Positions 46,014-58,343 of a stretch of DNA of 64,000 nt are shown piece after piece. The position numbers and the translations under genes are program-made. The notes below the pieces were generated by a model. That model saw only the letters and a program-made list of their open reading frames with translations. It searched no databases and was not told the origin of the DNA. Location of the stretch: NCBI GenBank assembly GCA_002269645.1, contig NIVC01000912.1, positions 7,253-71,252 of the forward strand, written 5' to 3'. This DNA is from Macrostomum lignano. Lineage: Eukaryota. Every line of letters starts with the position of its first letter. Positions within the stretch are counted from its first letter, which is position 1.

Positions 46014-47573
46014 ATGGCATTTCTACTCATGCCAGAAAGTACAATGCGCACTTCAGCCTGGTGTCTGTTGCTATTCGGTGCTTTGCTATGCGGCCTAGTT
46101 GCCGTGCTGTTGCCAACTGGCGGTCTCGGCTCTGCGGGCCTCACCCGCCGCCTGCTCCCGGCGTACCTGCGAGTGCACCGGCTTGTGGCCGAGTTCTCCA
46201 GACAATTGTTTGGCCGCAGCAATAAAGAGGGATTTGCCGAGAAGAATGCGCAGAACAGCTGTTTGTACTTTCTGTTCGACGATACCCAGCTGCAGCGTAA
46301 TAGGCACCTGTCCATACTGGGCACCGTGTTCGACGTTAGCGAGTCGGCCTTCTATAAGCCTGGGGGCGAGTACGAGCAGTTCACTGGACGAGACGCTTCG
46401 AGGAATTTCGCTACTAGCGATACGGGCGCCGAGAGTGGCAGCTTCTCTGATAATTTGGACGGCTTGAGCGGAGCTCAGCTAGCGGACCTGTTCGAGTGGC
46501 AGAGGTTCGTGTTGCTTTTTTGGGGGCGCTTTCTGGGTGCTCGAAATTAACGGTGACTGATTGTCCCATGGGTCATGGAGGGATGGATGACTGATTGTCC
46601 CATGGGTCATGGAGGGATGGATGACTGATTGTCCCATGGGTCATGGAGGGGTGGATGACTGTCCAATGGGTCATGGAGAGAAGGATGACTGATTGTGTCT
46701 AATGGGTCATAGAGGGGTGGATGACTGTCCAATGGGTCATGGAGAGAAGGATGACTGATTGTGTCTAATGGGTCATAGAGGGGTGGATGACTGTCCAATG
46801 GGTCATGGAGAGAAGGATGACTGATTGTGTCTAATGGGTCATAGAGGGGTGGATGACTGTCCAATGGGTCATGGAGAGAAGGATGACTGATTGTGTCTAA
46901 TGGGTCATAGAGGGGTGGATGACTGTCCAATGGGTCATGGAGAGAAGGATGACTGATTGTCTAATGGGTCATAGAGGGGTGGATGACTGTCTAATGGGTC
47001 ATGGAGAGAAGGATGACTGATTGTCTAATGGTTCATAGAGGGGTGGATGACTGTCTAATGGGTCATGGAGAGAAGGATGACTGATTGTCTAATGGTTCAT
47101 AGAGGGGTGGATGACTGATAATCCAATGGGTCATAGAGGGATGAATGACTGATTGTCCGATGGACCACATCGTCAGGTTCTACTTCAGCAAGTACAAGTG
47201 CGTTGGCTACAGCCGCGGCCGGTTCTACCACCCCTCCCTGCTGGAGACCGACTACTTGCGCGGCATGAAAGCCGCCGCCGACGCGCACCTGGCGCGCAAA
47301 TCTCAACTAGCCGAAAACTTTCCGCCGTGCGATGCCACCACTATAGACGGCAAAACCGTAGTGTATTGCAACGGCGCCCTGAACTTGGATCCGAACAACG
47401 TGATGCCCAACACTCGGTATCCGAGGATCTTCTATAATAAATTCGACGCCACATCTGGCTGCGCCTGCGTCCTGCGGGACATGCGCTCCGACGGCAGGGT
47501 GGCCGTCTACGAGGCCTGCTCGCCAGACGCGCTGCAGTGCACAGTGCTGAGGCCGCCTCCGCCGCGTGATTGA
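46014..47573 (+). CDS. CYB5D2: Neuferricin (MAPR family cytochrome b5-like heme/steroid-binding protein); exons 46014-46504 and 47177-47573
   Basis: N-terminal TM; LSILGTVFDVS...FYKPGGEYEQFTGRDASRNF; W..FY..KY..VG...GRFY; Cys-containing C-terminus (FPPC, PR.F...GCACV). In-frame phase-2 intron. Confidence 0.9.
46552..47160 (+). repeat. Minisatellite with alternating 36-bp and 30-bp variants (66-bp dimer), neuferricin intron
   Basis: ATGGGTCAT at 46666, 46702, 46732 and onward. Confidence 0.93.
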
Positions 47574-47644
47574 GGGGCGGTCTGAGTCTTAGGGAAAGTG
47601 CAGGACTGCTGGCTTTGGGATGCTCAATATCCTTCCCTTTTCTT

Positions 47645-48625
47645 TTCCTCACATTCTCTCCTGTGCTGTCCTCTCTTCTCTCCTCTCTCCTCTCTTCTCC
47701 CTCTCCCCTCTCCTCTCGTCTTCTCTCTCTCTTCTCCCCTCCTATCCTCTCCTCTCCTCTCCTCTCCTCTCCTCTCCTCCCTCTCCTCCCTCTCTTCTCC
47801 CCTCTTCTCTCTCTCTTCTCCCCTCCTCTCCTCTCCTCTCCTCTCCTCCCTCTCTTCTCCCTCTCCCCTCTCCTCTCGTCTTCTCTCTCTCTTCTCCCCT
47901 CCTATCCTCTCCTCTCCTCTTCTATCCTCTCCTCTCCTCTCCTCTCCTCCCTCTCCTCCCTCTCTTCTCCCCTCTTCTCTCTCTCTTCTCCCCTCCTCTC
48001 CTCTCCTCTCCTCTCCTCCCTCTCTTCTCCCCTCCTCTCCTCTCCTCTCCTCTCCTCTCCTCTCCTCTCCTCTCCTCTCCTCTCCTCTCCTCTCCTCTTC
48101 TCTCCTCTCCTCTCCTCTCCTCTCCTCCCTCTCCTCCCTCTCTTCTCCCCTCTTCTCTCTCTCTTCTCCCCTCCTCTCCTCTCCTCTCCTCTCCTCCCTC
48201 TCTTCTCCCCTCCTCTCCTCTCCTCTCCTCTCCTCTCCTCTCCTCTCCTCTCCTATCCTCTCCTCTCCTCTCCTCTCCTCTCCTCTCCTCCCTCTCTTCT
48301 CCCCTCTTCTCTCTCTCTTCTCCCCTCCTCTCCTCTCCTCTCCTCCCTCTCTTCTCCCCTCCTCTCCTCTCCTCTCCTCTCCTCTCCTCTCCTCTCCTCC
48401 CTCTCCTCCCTCTCTTCTCCCCTCTTCTCTCTCTCTTCTCCCCTCCTCTCCTCTCCTCTCCTCCCTCTTTTCTCCCCTCTTCTCTCTCTCTTCTCCCCTC
48501 CTCTCCTCTCCTCTCCTCTCCTCTCCTCTCCTCTCCTCTCCTCTCCTCTCCTCTTCTCTCCTCTCCTCTCCTCTCCTCTCCTCTCCTCTCCTCTCCTCTC
48601 CTCTCCTCTCCTCTCCTCTCCTTCT
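47645..48625. repeat. (CTCCT)n-based pyrimidine-only tract, about 1 kb
   Basis: Direct inspection. Confidence 0.97.
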
Positions 48626-49229
48626 CCTTTCCCTCTCCCACTTTCCTTGTTTACCTCTTTCTCTTCCTCTCCTCTTCGCCTCTATTCTCTCTCCCTCTAC
48701 CCTACTCCATCTTATCTCCCTTCAATATCAAACGGTTATTCGATCGATTATTTAATTTTATTTCTAACTCTAACTAATACTTGTAGTTATCGCCGCCTGT
48801 GTGGCATGCAATCTTCAGCTGGGCAGTGCATGGAAACATGACATTCCTGCTGAGTATTCACTTTCAACTCAAATCATGCCTGCTGCCAAGCAATATTGAT
48901 AGATTTTGTTTGTTCTGACTTTTGTTGAATTTGATGCTGCCCAAGCTTTGATTATAGTAATAAGTGTATTTCCAATAAATCTAAATAATTTTCACGCTTG
49001 TACGTCCCGGTATGATCTTCTTTACTGGCTTTGCTTGTTTTCTTTGCTTTGCTAGCAACATAAAAAATCAGCGCGTCTTATTCCCACTGTTATCGTGTAC
49101 ATTCCATGGCGTTGAAAATATACACGGAAAACGATTTGTAAAACTGTTTTACACATACGGTGGTGAATGTTTGTACTTTTCAAGACAATGATTCACCTTT
49201 TTGTTATTTACCGATCTCGTGTGTCTTTA

Positions 49230-49938
49230 GATTGGGATTTTTATCCCCATTATTTACGGGTATGCAGATAATTCTAGATTGGCATTTTTATCCCTATCCT
49301 TAACGCGGGTTCTGGATTGGGATTTTATCCCTATCTTTTAGTCAGATTATAGTTTAGGTTTTTTATTCCCTTCCTTTAAGTAGATCCTAGATTGGGATGT
49401 TATCCCGATCATTTATGCGGGTTCTAGATTAGGATTTTTATCCCCATCCTTTATTTGGATTTTAGATTGGGATTGTTAACCCCATCCTTTTTGTGGATTC
49501 TAGATTGGGATTTTTATCTCAATCCTTTATGTAGATTCTAGATTAAGATTATCATCCCTATCTTTTAGGAGGATTCTAGATTAGGATTTTTATCCCGATC
49601 CTTTATGCAGGTTCTAGATTGTAATATTTATCCCAATCCTTTTGGCAGATTCTAGATTAAGATTTTTATCCCCATTCTTTAGTCATATTCTAGATTGTGA
49701 TTTTATCCCCATCCATTATTTGGATTCTAGATTGAGATTTCATTCCCATCCTTTTTTACGGGTTCTAGATTTGGATTTTTATCCCCATTTTTTAGTCATA
49801 TTCTAGATTGTGATTTTATCCCCATCCATTATTTGGATTCTAGATTGAGATTTCATTCCAATCCTTTTTTACGGGTTCTAGATTTGGATTTTTATCCCCA
49901 TCCTTTGTGCAAGTTTTAGATTAGGATTTTATCCCATC
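49230..49938. repeat. Degenerate ~40-bp repeat (CTAGATTGGGATTTTATCCCCATCCTTT...GATT) upstream of epsilon-tubulin
   Basis: Direct inspection. Confidence 0.88.
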
Positions 49939-50006
49939 ATATTGCTTGTTTAATCTAGCTGTCCCAGGTTCGTTTCGAAGTGCCATTGTCTTAAAGCGAA
50001 TTGGGG

Positions 50007-53000
50007 ATGCAAATCCCGCAGACGCAGAGCATTGTAGTCCAGGTTGGCCAGTGCGGCAACCAGATCGGGTCCCGGTTCTGGGATCTGGCACTGCGGGAGC
50101 ACGCGTCCGTCAGCCGGCGGGGCGACTTTGACGATTCTCTGGGGACGTTTTTTCGTCAGCAGCCCGGCGAGGGTCAGGTGAGGGAGGGAAGCTGTGGGGG
50201 ATTTTGGGGAGAAATTTAAGCTTAGCTTATCTGGATTTAGGTAAGAAACGGTCAGGATAGCAGGCCAGCAACCGTCAGGTAGAATAAAATTTTCAAACGG
50301 GGGATAAAAATAGTCAGGGGATTGTCATGAGTCAGAAATGGTCAGGGAGAATCGCCATGAGTCAGGAATGGTCAGGGAGAATCGCAATGAGTCAGGAATG
50401 GTCAGGGAGAATCGCAATGAGTCAGGAATGGTCAGGGAGAATCGCAATGAGTCAGGAATGGTCAGGGAGAATCGCAATGAGTCAGGAATAGTCAGGGAGA
50501 ATCGCCATGAGTCAGGAATGGTCAGGGAGAATCGCCATGAGTCAGAAACGGTTAGGGAGAATCGCAATGAGTCAGGAATGGTCTGGGAGAATCGCAATGA
50601 GTCAGGAATGGTCAGGGAGAATCGCAATGAGTCAGGAATGGTCAGGGAAAATCGCAGAGTCAGGAATGGTCAGTGAGAATCGCAATGAGTCAGGAATGGT
50701 CAGGGAGAATCGCAATGAGTCAGGAATGGTCAGGGAGAATCGCAATGAGTCAGGAATGGTCAGGGAGAATCGCCATGAGTCAGGAATGGTCAGTGAGAAT
50801 CGCCATGAGTCAGGAATGGTCAGGGAGAATCGCAATGAGTCAGGAATGGTCAGTGAGAATCGCAATGAGTCAGGAATAGTCAGGGAGAATCGCCATGAGT
50901 CAGGAATGGTCAGGGAGAATCGCCATGAGTCAGGAACGGTTAGGGAGAATCGCAATGAGTCAGGAATGGTCAGGGAGAATCGCAATGAGTCAGGAATGGT
51001 CAGTGAGAATCGCAATGAGTCAGGAATGGTCAGGGAGAATCGCCATGAGTCAGGAATGGTCAGTGAGAATCGCCATGAGTCAGGAATGGTCAGGGAGAAT
51101 CGCCATGAGTCAGGAATGGTCAGTGAGAATCGCAATGAGTCAGAAATGGTCAGGGAGAATCGCAATGAGTCAGGAATGGTCAGGGAGAATCGCCATGAGT
51201 CAGGAATGGTCAGGGAGAATCGCAATGAGTCAGGAATAGTCAGGGAGAATCGCCATGAGTCAGGAATGGTCAGGGAGAATCGCCATGAGTCAGGAATGGT
51301 CAGGGAGAATCGCAATGAGTCAGGAATAGTCAGGGAGAATCGCCATGAGTCAGGAATGGTCAGGGAGAATCGCCATGAGTCAGGAACGGTTAGGGAGAAT
51401 CGCAATGAGTCAGGAATGGTCTGGGAGAATCGCCATGAGTCAGGAATGGTCTGGGAGAATCGCCATGAGTCAGGAATGGTCTGGGAGAATCGCCATGAGT
51501 CAGGAATGGTCAGTGAGAATCGCAATGAGTCAGGAATGGTCAGGGAGAATCGCCATGAGTCAGGAATGGTCTGGGAGAATCGCCATGAGTCAGGAATGGT
51601 CAGGGAGAATCGCCATGAGTCAGGAATGGTCAGTGAGAATCGCAATGAGTCAGAAATGGTCAGTGAGAATCGCCATGAGTCAGGAATGGTCAGGGAGAAT
51701 CGCCATGAGTCAGGAATGGTCAGTGAGAATCGCAATGAGTCAGAAATGGTTAGGGAGAATCGCCATGAATCAGGAATGGTCAGGGAGAATCGCAATGAGT
51801 CAGGAATGGTCAGTGAGAATCGCCATGAGTCAGGAATGGTCAGGGAGAATCGCAATGAGTCAGGAATGGTCAGGGAGAATCGCAATGAGTCAGGAATGGT
51901 CTGGGAGAATCGCCATGAGTCAGGAATGGTCAGTGAGAATCGCCATGAATCAGGAATGGTCAGGGAGAATCGCAATGAGTCAGGAATAGTCAGGGAGAAT
52001 CGCCATGAGTCAGGAACGGTCAGGGAGAAGTTTCGCAGGTGCGAGTGAATTATCATGGTTAGTTGCGATCAGGATGAGGATTCCGAGCCACAATTCCTTG
52101 TCCGCAGGCTCTGAAAGCTCGCGCAGTGCTGGTGGACATGGAGGAGGGCGTGGTCGGCGAACTGTTGAAAGGCCGACTACGCGGTGTGTTCGATCATTCC
52201 GCGCTGATCACGGACGTGTCGGGGTCCGGCAACAACTGGGCTGTCGGGCACTGCGAATACGGCCTCAGGCACCGGGAGGCCCTGTCTGAGTCCATTCGGA
52301 GATGCGCCGAGCAGTGCGACTGCCTGCAGTGCTTCTTCCTGCTGCACTCCATGGGCGGCGGCACCGGCTCCGGCCTGGGCACGGCCATCCTCCAGCTGCT
52401 GCGGGACCAGTATCCCGAAGTGTACAGGTGGGGGTGCAGTGAGCTAGGCATTGATCTGGGCCTGGTGCACAAAAACAACACCTCAAACGCAACCCCTGTA
52501 CAACCTCTCCGCTAACTCAGGTTCGTCACCGCTGTCTACCCGTCTGAAGATGATGACGTCATCACTAGTCCATACAACAGCGTGCTGGCAATGCGCTGCC
52601 TGACAGACTACGCCGATTGCGTTATGCCCATAGACAATGCCTGTCTGGCTGGCATCGCGCAGCGGGTGCAGGACTCGGGCCGCACCGCTGCCGGGTCTTC
52701 TGCTGCTGCCGGGGCTGCGGCGGTCAGTGCTGCATCGGGGCATTTGAGCTGATTTGAGTGATGGATGGGGAAGAATGAAGGCTGATCTTCATGGCTAAGG
52801 ACTGGGAGGAGCCATGAAGATAACTGAGATGGTATCGGGAGAGAGCGGATAACTGAGGATTGGGAGCTGGGAGAGAGCGGATAACTGAGATGGTATTCGG
52901 AGGGAGCGGATAACTGAGATGGTATCGGGAGGGAGCGGATAACTGAGATGGTATTGGGGAGAGCGGATAACTGAGATTGTATTGGGAGAGAGCGGATAAC

Positions 53001-55903
53001 TGAGTTGGTATGGGAGAGAGCGGATAACTGAGGATTGGGAGCTGAGAGAGAGCGGATAACTGAGATTGTATTGGGAGGCAGCGGATAACTGAGTTGGTAT
53101 GGGAGAGAGCGGATAACTGAGATGGTATGGGAGAGAGCGGATAACTGAGATGGTATGGGAGAGAGCGGATAACTGAGATTGTATTGGGAGAGAGCGGATA
53201 ACTGAGATTGTATTGGGAGAGAGTGGATAACTGAGGATTGGGAGCTGGGAGAGAGCGGATAACTGAGGATTGGGAGCTGGGAGAGAGCGGATAACTGAGG
53301 ATTGGGAGCTGAGGGAGAGCGGATAACTGAGGATTGGGAGCTGGGAGAGAGCGGATAACTGAGGATTGGGAGCTGGGAGAGAGCGGATAACTGAGGATTG
53401 GGAGCTGGGAGAGAGCGGATAACTGAGGATTGGGAGCTGGGAGAGAGCGGATAACTGAGGATTGGGAGCTGGAGAGAGCGGATAACTGAGGATTGGGAGC
53501 TGGGAGAGAGCGGATAACTGAGGATTGGGAGCTGGGAGAGAGCGGATAACTGAGGATTGGGAGCTGGGAGAGAGCGGATAACTGAGGATTGGGAGCTGGG
53601 AGAGAGCGGATAACTGAGGATTGGGAGCTGGGAGAGAGCGGATAACTGAGGATTGGGAGCTGGGAGAGAGCGGATAACTGAGGATTGGGAGCTGGGAGAG
53701 AGCGGATAACTGAGGATTGGGAGCTGGGAGAGAGCGGATAACTGAGGATTGGGAGCTGGGAGAGAGCGGAAGGATGCGTCAAGAAGCACACTAGAAAGCG
53801 CTCACTTCAACCCCAACTCCAACCCTAAGCAGAAGGACGCCAAGCCATTCGACGCGATGAACAGCATAGTGGCCAACCTGCTGCTGAACCTCACGGCTTC
53901 CGCCCGCTTCTCCGGCACGCTGAACGTGGATCTGAACGAGATCAGCATGAACCTGGTGCCGTTCCCCCGCCTGCACTACCTGCTGGCCGCGCAGAGTCCG
54001 CTGTCCCCGGCCCTGCCGCCCAGGCGGCCGGATCAGGCATTCAACGAGTCGTTCGGCAAGGAGGCTCAGTTGTTCTCGGCCGAGCCGCGATCGCATCTCT
54101 ACCTGGCCTGCGCCCTCCTGCTGCGGGGTCGAATCGATCTAAGCGACGTCCGGCGCTGCGTCGATCGGCTGGGAAATCGGCTGGCATTCGCGGACTGGAA
54201 TCCGGACTGCTGGAAGATCGGGCACTGCGCCGTGCCCCCGGCTGGGCAGCAGTTCGCGCTGCTCAGTCTGGCCAACAACACTGCCATTGGGGCCAGCCTG
54301 CACCTGCTCGGGGACAGGTTCAGCCGGCTCTATAAGCGGAGGGCGCATCTGCATCACTATACCCAGGCAGGTTTGCAGCTAATCTGTTTGAGTCCGCTAG
54401 GAATCTGTTTGAGTCAGCTGGGAATCTGTTTGAGTCAGCTGGGAATCTGTTTGAGTCAGCTGGGAATCTGCTTGAGTCAGCTAGGAATCTGTTTGAGTCC
54501 GCTAGGAATCTGTTTGAGTCCGCTAGGAATCTGTTTGAGTCCGCTATTAATCTGTTTGAGTCCGCTAGGAATCTGTTTGAGTCAGCTGGGGATCTGCTTG
54601 AGTTAGTTGGGAATCTGTTTGAGTCAGCTGGGAATCTGTTTGAGTCAGCTGGGAATCTGTTTGAGTCAGCTGGGAATCTGTTTGAGTCAGCTGGGAATCT
54701 GTTTGAGTCAGCTGGGAATCTGTTTGAGTCAGCTGGGAATCTGTTTGAGTCAGCTGGGAATCTGCTTGAGTCAGCTAGGAATCTGTTTGAGTCCGCTAGG
54801 AATCTGTTTGAGTCCGCTAGGAATCTGTTTGAGTCCGCTATTAATCTGTTTGAGTCCGCTAGGAATCTGTTTGAGTCAGCTGGGGATCTGCTTGAGTTAG
54901 TTGGGAATCTGTTTGAGTCAGCTGGGAATCTGTTTGAGTCAGCTGGGAATCTGTTTGAGTCAGCTGGGGATCTGCTTGAGTTAGTTGGGAATCTGTTTGA
55001 GTCAGCTGGGAATCTGTTTGAGTCAGCTGGGAATCTGTTTGAGTCAGCTGGGAATCTGCTTGAGTCAGCTAGGAATCTGCTTGAGTCAGTTGGGAATCTG
55101 TTTGAGTCAGCTGGGAATCTGTTTGAGTCAGCTGGGAATCTGTTTGAGTCAGCTGGGAATCTGTTTGAGTCAGTTGGGAATCTGTTTGAGTCAGCTGGGA
55201 ATCTGTTTGAGTCAGCTGGGAATCTGTTTGAGTCCGCTAGGAATCTGTTTGAGTCAGCTGGGAATCTGTTTGAGTCAGCTGGGAATCTGCTTGAGTCAGC
55301 TGGGAATCTGCTTGAGTCAGCTGGGAATCTGCTTGAGTCAGCTGGGAATCTGTTTGAGTCAGCTGGGAATCTGCTTGAGTTAGTTGGGAATCTGTTTGAG
55401 TCAGCTGGTAATCTGTTTGAGTCAGCTGGGAATCTGCTTGAGTCAGCTGGGAATCTGCTTGAGTCAGCTGGGAATCTGCTTGAGTCCGCTGGGAATCTGC
55501 TTGAGCCAGCCAGTTTGGTTCTGCATCATTTGAGCTTTATGGATCCTTCTTAGCCACCTGAGACGATTCTGAGTCATTTCAGTAGTCTGGGATCGTTCCG
55601 GGTTACGAGTATTTCAGTAATTGAGGATCATACAGAACTGAGTCATGTGAAATAATTATTGAGTCATGAGTAGTCAATCGGAAATATTGGTAACAATTTC
55701 GGCCTTACATAATTCTAAAATATATCTTTTCTCCGTTATTCGCTTCCTCGCCCGCGCAGGTTGACGGCTTTGAGGCCGCCACCTTCGATTCCGCATTCGC
55801 TTCGCTCAACGATCTGCGCGAGGACTACGCAGCTCTAGAGAGGCGCCACGCGGCCGGGGCCTCGGCTGAGCCGCCTTTGCCTCGGCTGAAGATCGCCTCC
55901 TGA
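50007..55903 (+). CDS. TUBE1: Epsilon-tubulin, ~457 aa; exons 50007-50177, 52108-52427, 52521-52722, 53830-54366, 55760-55903
   Basis: TQSIVVQVGQCGNQIG..FWDLALREHA, LKARAVLVDMEEGVV, GSGNNWAVGH, HSMGGGTGSGLG, DDVITSPYNS, KPFDAMNSIVANLLLNLT, AHLHHY and LPRLKIA are characteristic of epsilon-tubulin. The last intron needs a GC donor. Confidence 0.96.
50327..52028 (+). repeat. 30-bp minisatellite (ATGAGTCAGGAATGGTCAGGGAGAATCGCM), about 57 copies, TUBE1 intron 1
   Basis: Direct inspection. Confidence 0.98.
52815..53770 (+). repeat. 32-bp (5' part 29-bp) minisatellite (GGATAACTGAGGATTGGGAGCTGGGAGAGAGC), TUBE1 intron 3
   Basis: Direct inspection. Confidence 0.96.
54383..55510 (+). repeat. 21-bp minisatellite (GGGAATCTGTTTGAGTCAGCT), about 53 copies, TUBE1 intron 4
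   Basis: Direct inspection. Confidence 0.97.
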
Positions 55904-56019
55904 GTCACAGGAGTCGCCTGAGTCACCCGAGACTCGAGGAGTCACCTGAACCTATTGAGCCTTCTAAACTTTGAAAAATCTAGCTTTCTGAAATATGAAC
56001 ACGCTTGAATTTGAACCAT

Positions 56020-56955
56020 ATGAACCCACTGATTCCTGAGCCCACTGATCCCTGAACCCACTGATCCCTGAACCCACTGATCCCTGAGCCCACTGATCCC
56101 TGAGCCCACTGATCCTTGAACCCACTGATTCCTGAGCCCACTGATTCCTGAGCCCACTGATCCCTGAACCCACTGATCCCTGAACCCACTGATCCCTGAA
56201 CCCACTGATCCCTGAGCCCACTGATCCCTGAGCCCACTGATCCTTGAGCCCACTGATCCCTGAGCCCACTGATCCCTTAACCCACTGATCCCTGAACTCA
56301 CTGATCCCTGAGCCCACTGATCCCTGAACCCGCTGAACCCTGAACCCACTGATCCCTTAACCCACTGATCCCTGAACTCACTGATCCCTGAGCCCACTGA
56401 TCCCTGAACCCGCTGAACCCTGAACCCACTGATCCCTTAACCCACTGATCCCTGAACTCACTGATCCCTGAACTCACTGATCCCTGAACTCACTGATCCC
56501 TGAACCTACTGATCCCTTAACCCGCTGAACCCTGAACCCACTGAACCCATGAACCCACTGATCCCTGAACTCACTGATCCCTGAACTCACTGATCTCTTA
56601 ACCCACTGATCCCTTAACCCACTGATCCCTTAACACACTGATCCCTGAACTCACTGATCTCTTAACCCACTGATCCCTGAACCTACTGATCCCTTAACCC
56701 GCTGAACCCTGAACCCACTGAACCCATGAACTCACTGATCCCTGAACTCACTGATCTCTTAACCCACTGATCCCTGAGCCCACTGATCCCTGAACCCACT
56801 GATCCCTGAACCCACTGATCCCTGAACTCACTGATCTCTTAACCCACTGATCCCTGAACCCACTGGACCCATGAACCCACTGATCCCTGAACTCACTGAT
56901 CCCTGAACCCACTGATCCCTGAACCCGCTGAACCCTGAACCCACTGACCCATGAA
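56020..56955. repeat. 16-bp minisatellite (CCCACTGATCCCTGAR) downstream of TUBE1
   Basis: Direct inspection. Confidence 0.96.
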
Positions 56956-58343
56956 CCACCTCAATCTTGAGCCTCCTAAACAGAGCCTAAACCTGCTAAA
57001 TCCATCTACCTAAAAATCTTGAACTCTGTTTTGTGTTGCACGAAAAATGTTTTAAATGCCTCGCATTTATATAAAAGCTTCTTTGTGTCGAACGTCACAA
57101 TTAATTTCAAAATTTGACTCTGTTTTAGCGAAACCGTTATCTCCGTCCTCAAAGATGCTTGTTCTCGGCCAACTAATAATTATTATTCCTATTTTACATA
57201 CTTATCTCTAGTTTTTTTCCTGTTCATTTAGTGCGAACCAATTAAGAGAACAAACGTTTAGCATGTGTCCAAACTTTCGAAACACTTTCTTGTACTTTTC
57301 TAGCGTTTATTTATTTAGTATAACTACTTACAGGCTTCTCATCGTTAGTAGTCTATTTGCGCATATCGAGCGAATACTCGTAGCTGGCAGCATAGGACAA
57401 TTCGGCATTCTGCGGCTAAAGAATGGGTCTTGAATGACGAAAAGATGCGTTTATAAAGTCACATAGCCTGACATATTGAATAATTGACAGGTGTACGTTG
57501 TGGCTTTGCCCTCTTCATTATATACAGCTTAGTGCCTGGTTTCCAATGCTCCAGCATAGCCTTCAGCGGCTGAATTTGTTCAATGAGACGGTCTCAACAC
57601 ACAGCCAGTCGCAGTCGAAGAGTTCCTCCGTCGGTCTGGCTAGAAACAAATATTTGCAATTCAACGACTTACTAATTTATTACCTGTGTCTGCGAGTATT
57701 TGTAGCATAATTTCCCAAACTTTAAAGCCGATTGTTATATGTCGAGTCGGTTCTTTTTACGATATTTTCAAATACGACAGATGCCTCACTACACATTGAA
57801 TAAATGAACGGACATCTGCAGTTTCTTCAGCCCATTAAATTTTTGATACTTCCATATTAAGAAATAGATTGCATGAATGCTTTGTATACCCTATATACTC
57901 GTACTCTATCTTTTTGACTTCTTGCCGATGGTCGAGAAGTAGGAGACTGAGGAATTGGGATTTTGGCTTCGGCTTAAAATACAAATATTGGCGCTCTGTG
58001 TTAGCTCAATTCTCTGTAGTCAACCACGGCATGCTGTGTGGTCCCTACACAACACTTCCTAAGACTCAAGGCATAGAATGTTTGAAAAACACGCAATCTC
58101 CTACATATATAGTAGTGTCTATGGTTACATGTAGGCCGCAACCGCTAAAAGTCGCGCTTGATCTCTGAGCCATAATTTATAAAAGCCTTTCCTAATCAAC
58201 ATTCATCGTTAATTTTTATGGCCAAAAATTACGTTATTTAACTTCAACGCTACAAAATAACAAGTCTAAAACATGTTCCTTGAAGTAACCAAACTATACG
58301 GATTTTATAATACCGTTGCTTTGTATTAAAAAGCTAAAAGCAT

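Noticed and set aside
47570-48841. 385-423 aa LSSP/EERRG ORFs
   Set aside because: Artefacts of the (CTCCT)n tract.
50507-55383. Long ORFs such as (MVRENRNESG)n, (SLTIPDSWRF)n, (LSQLGIC)n and (PILSYPLSP)n
   Set aside because: Translations of intronic minisatellites whose unit lacks stops; they lie inside well-supported TUBE1 introns.
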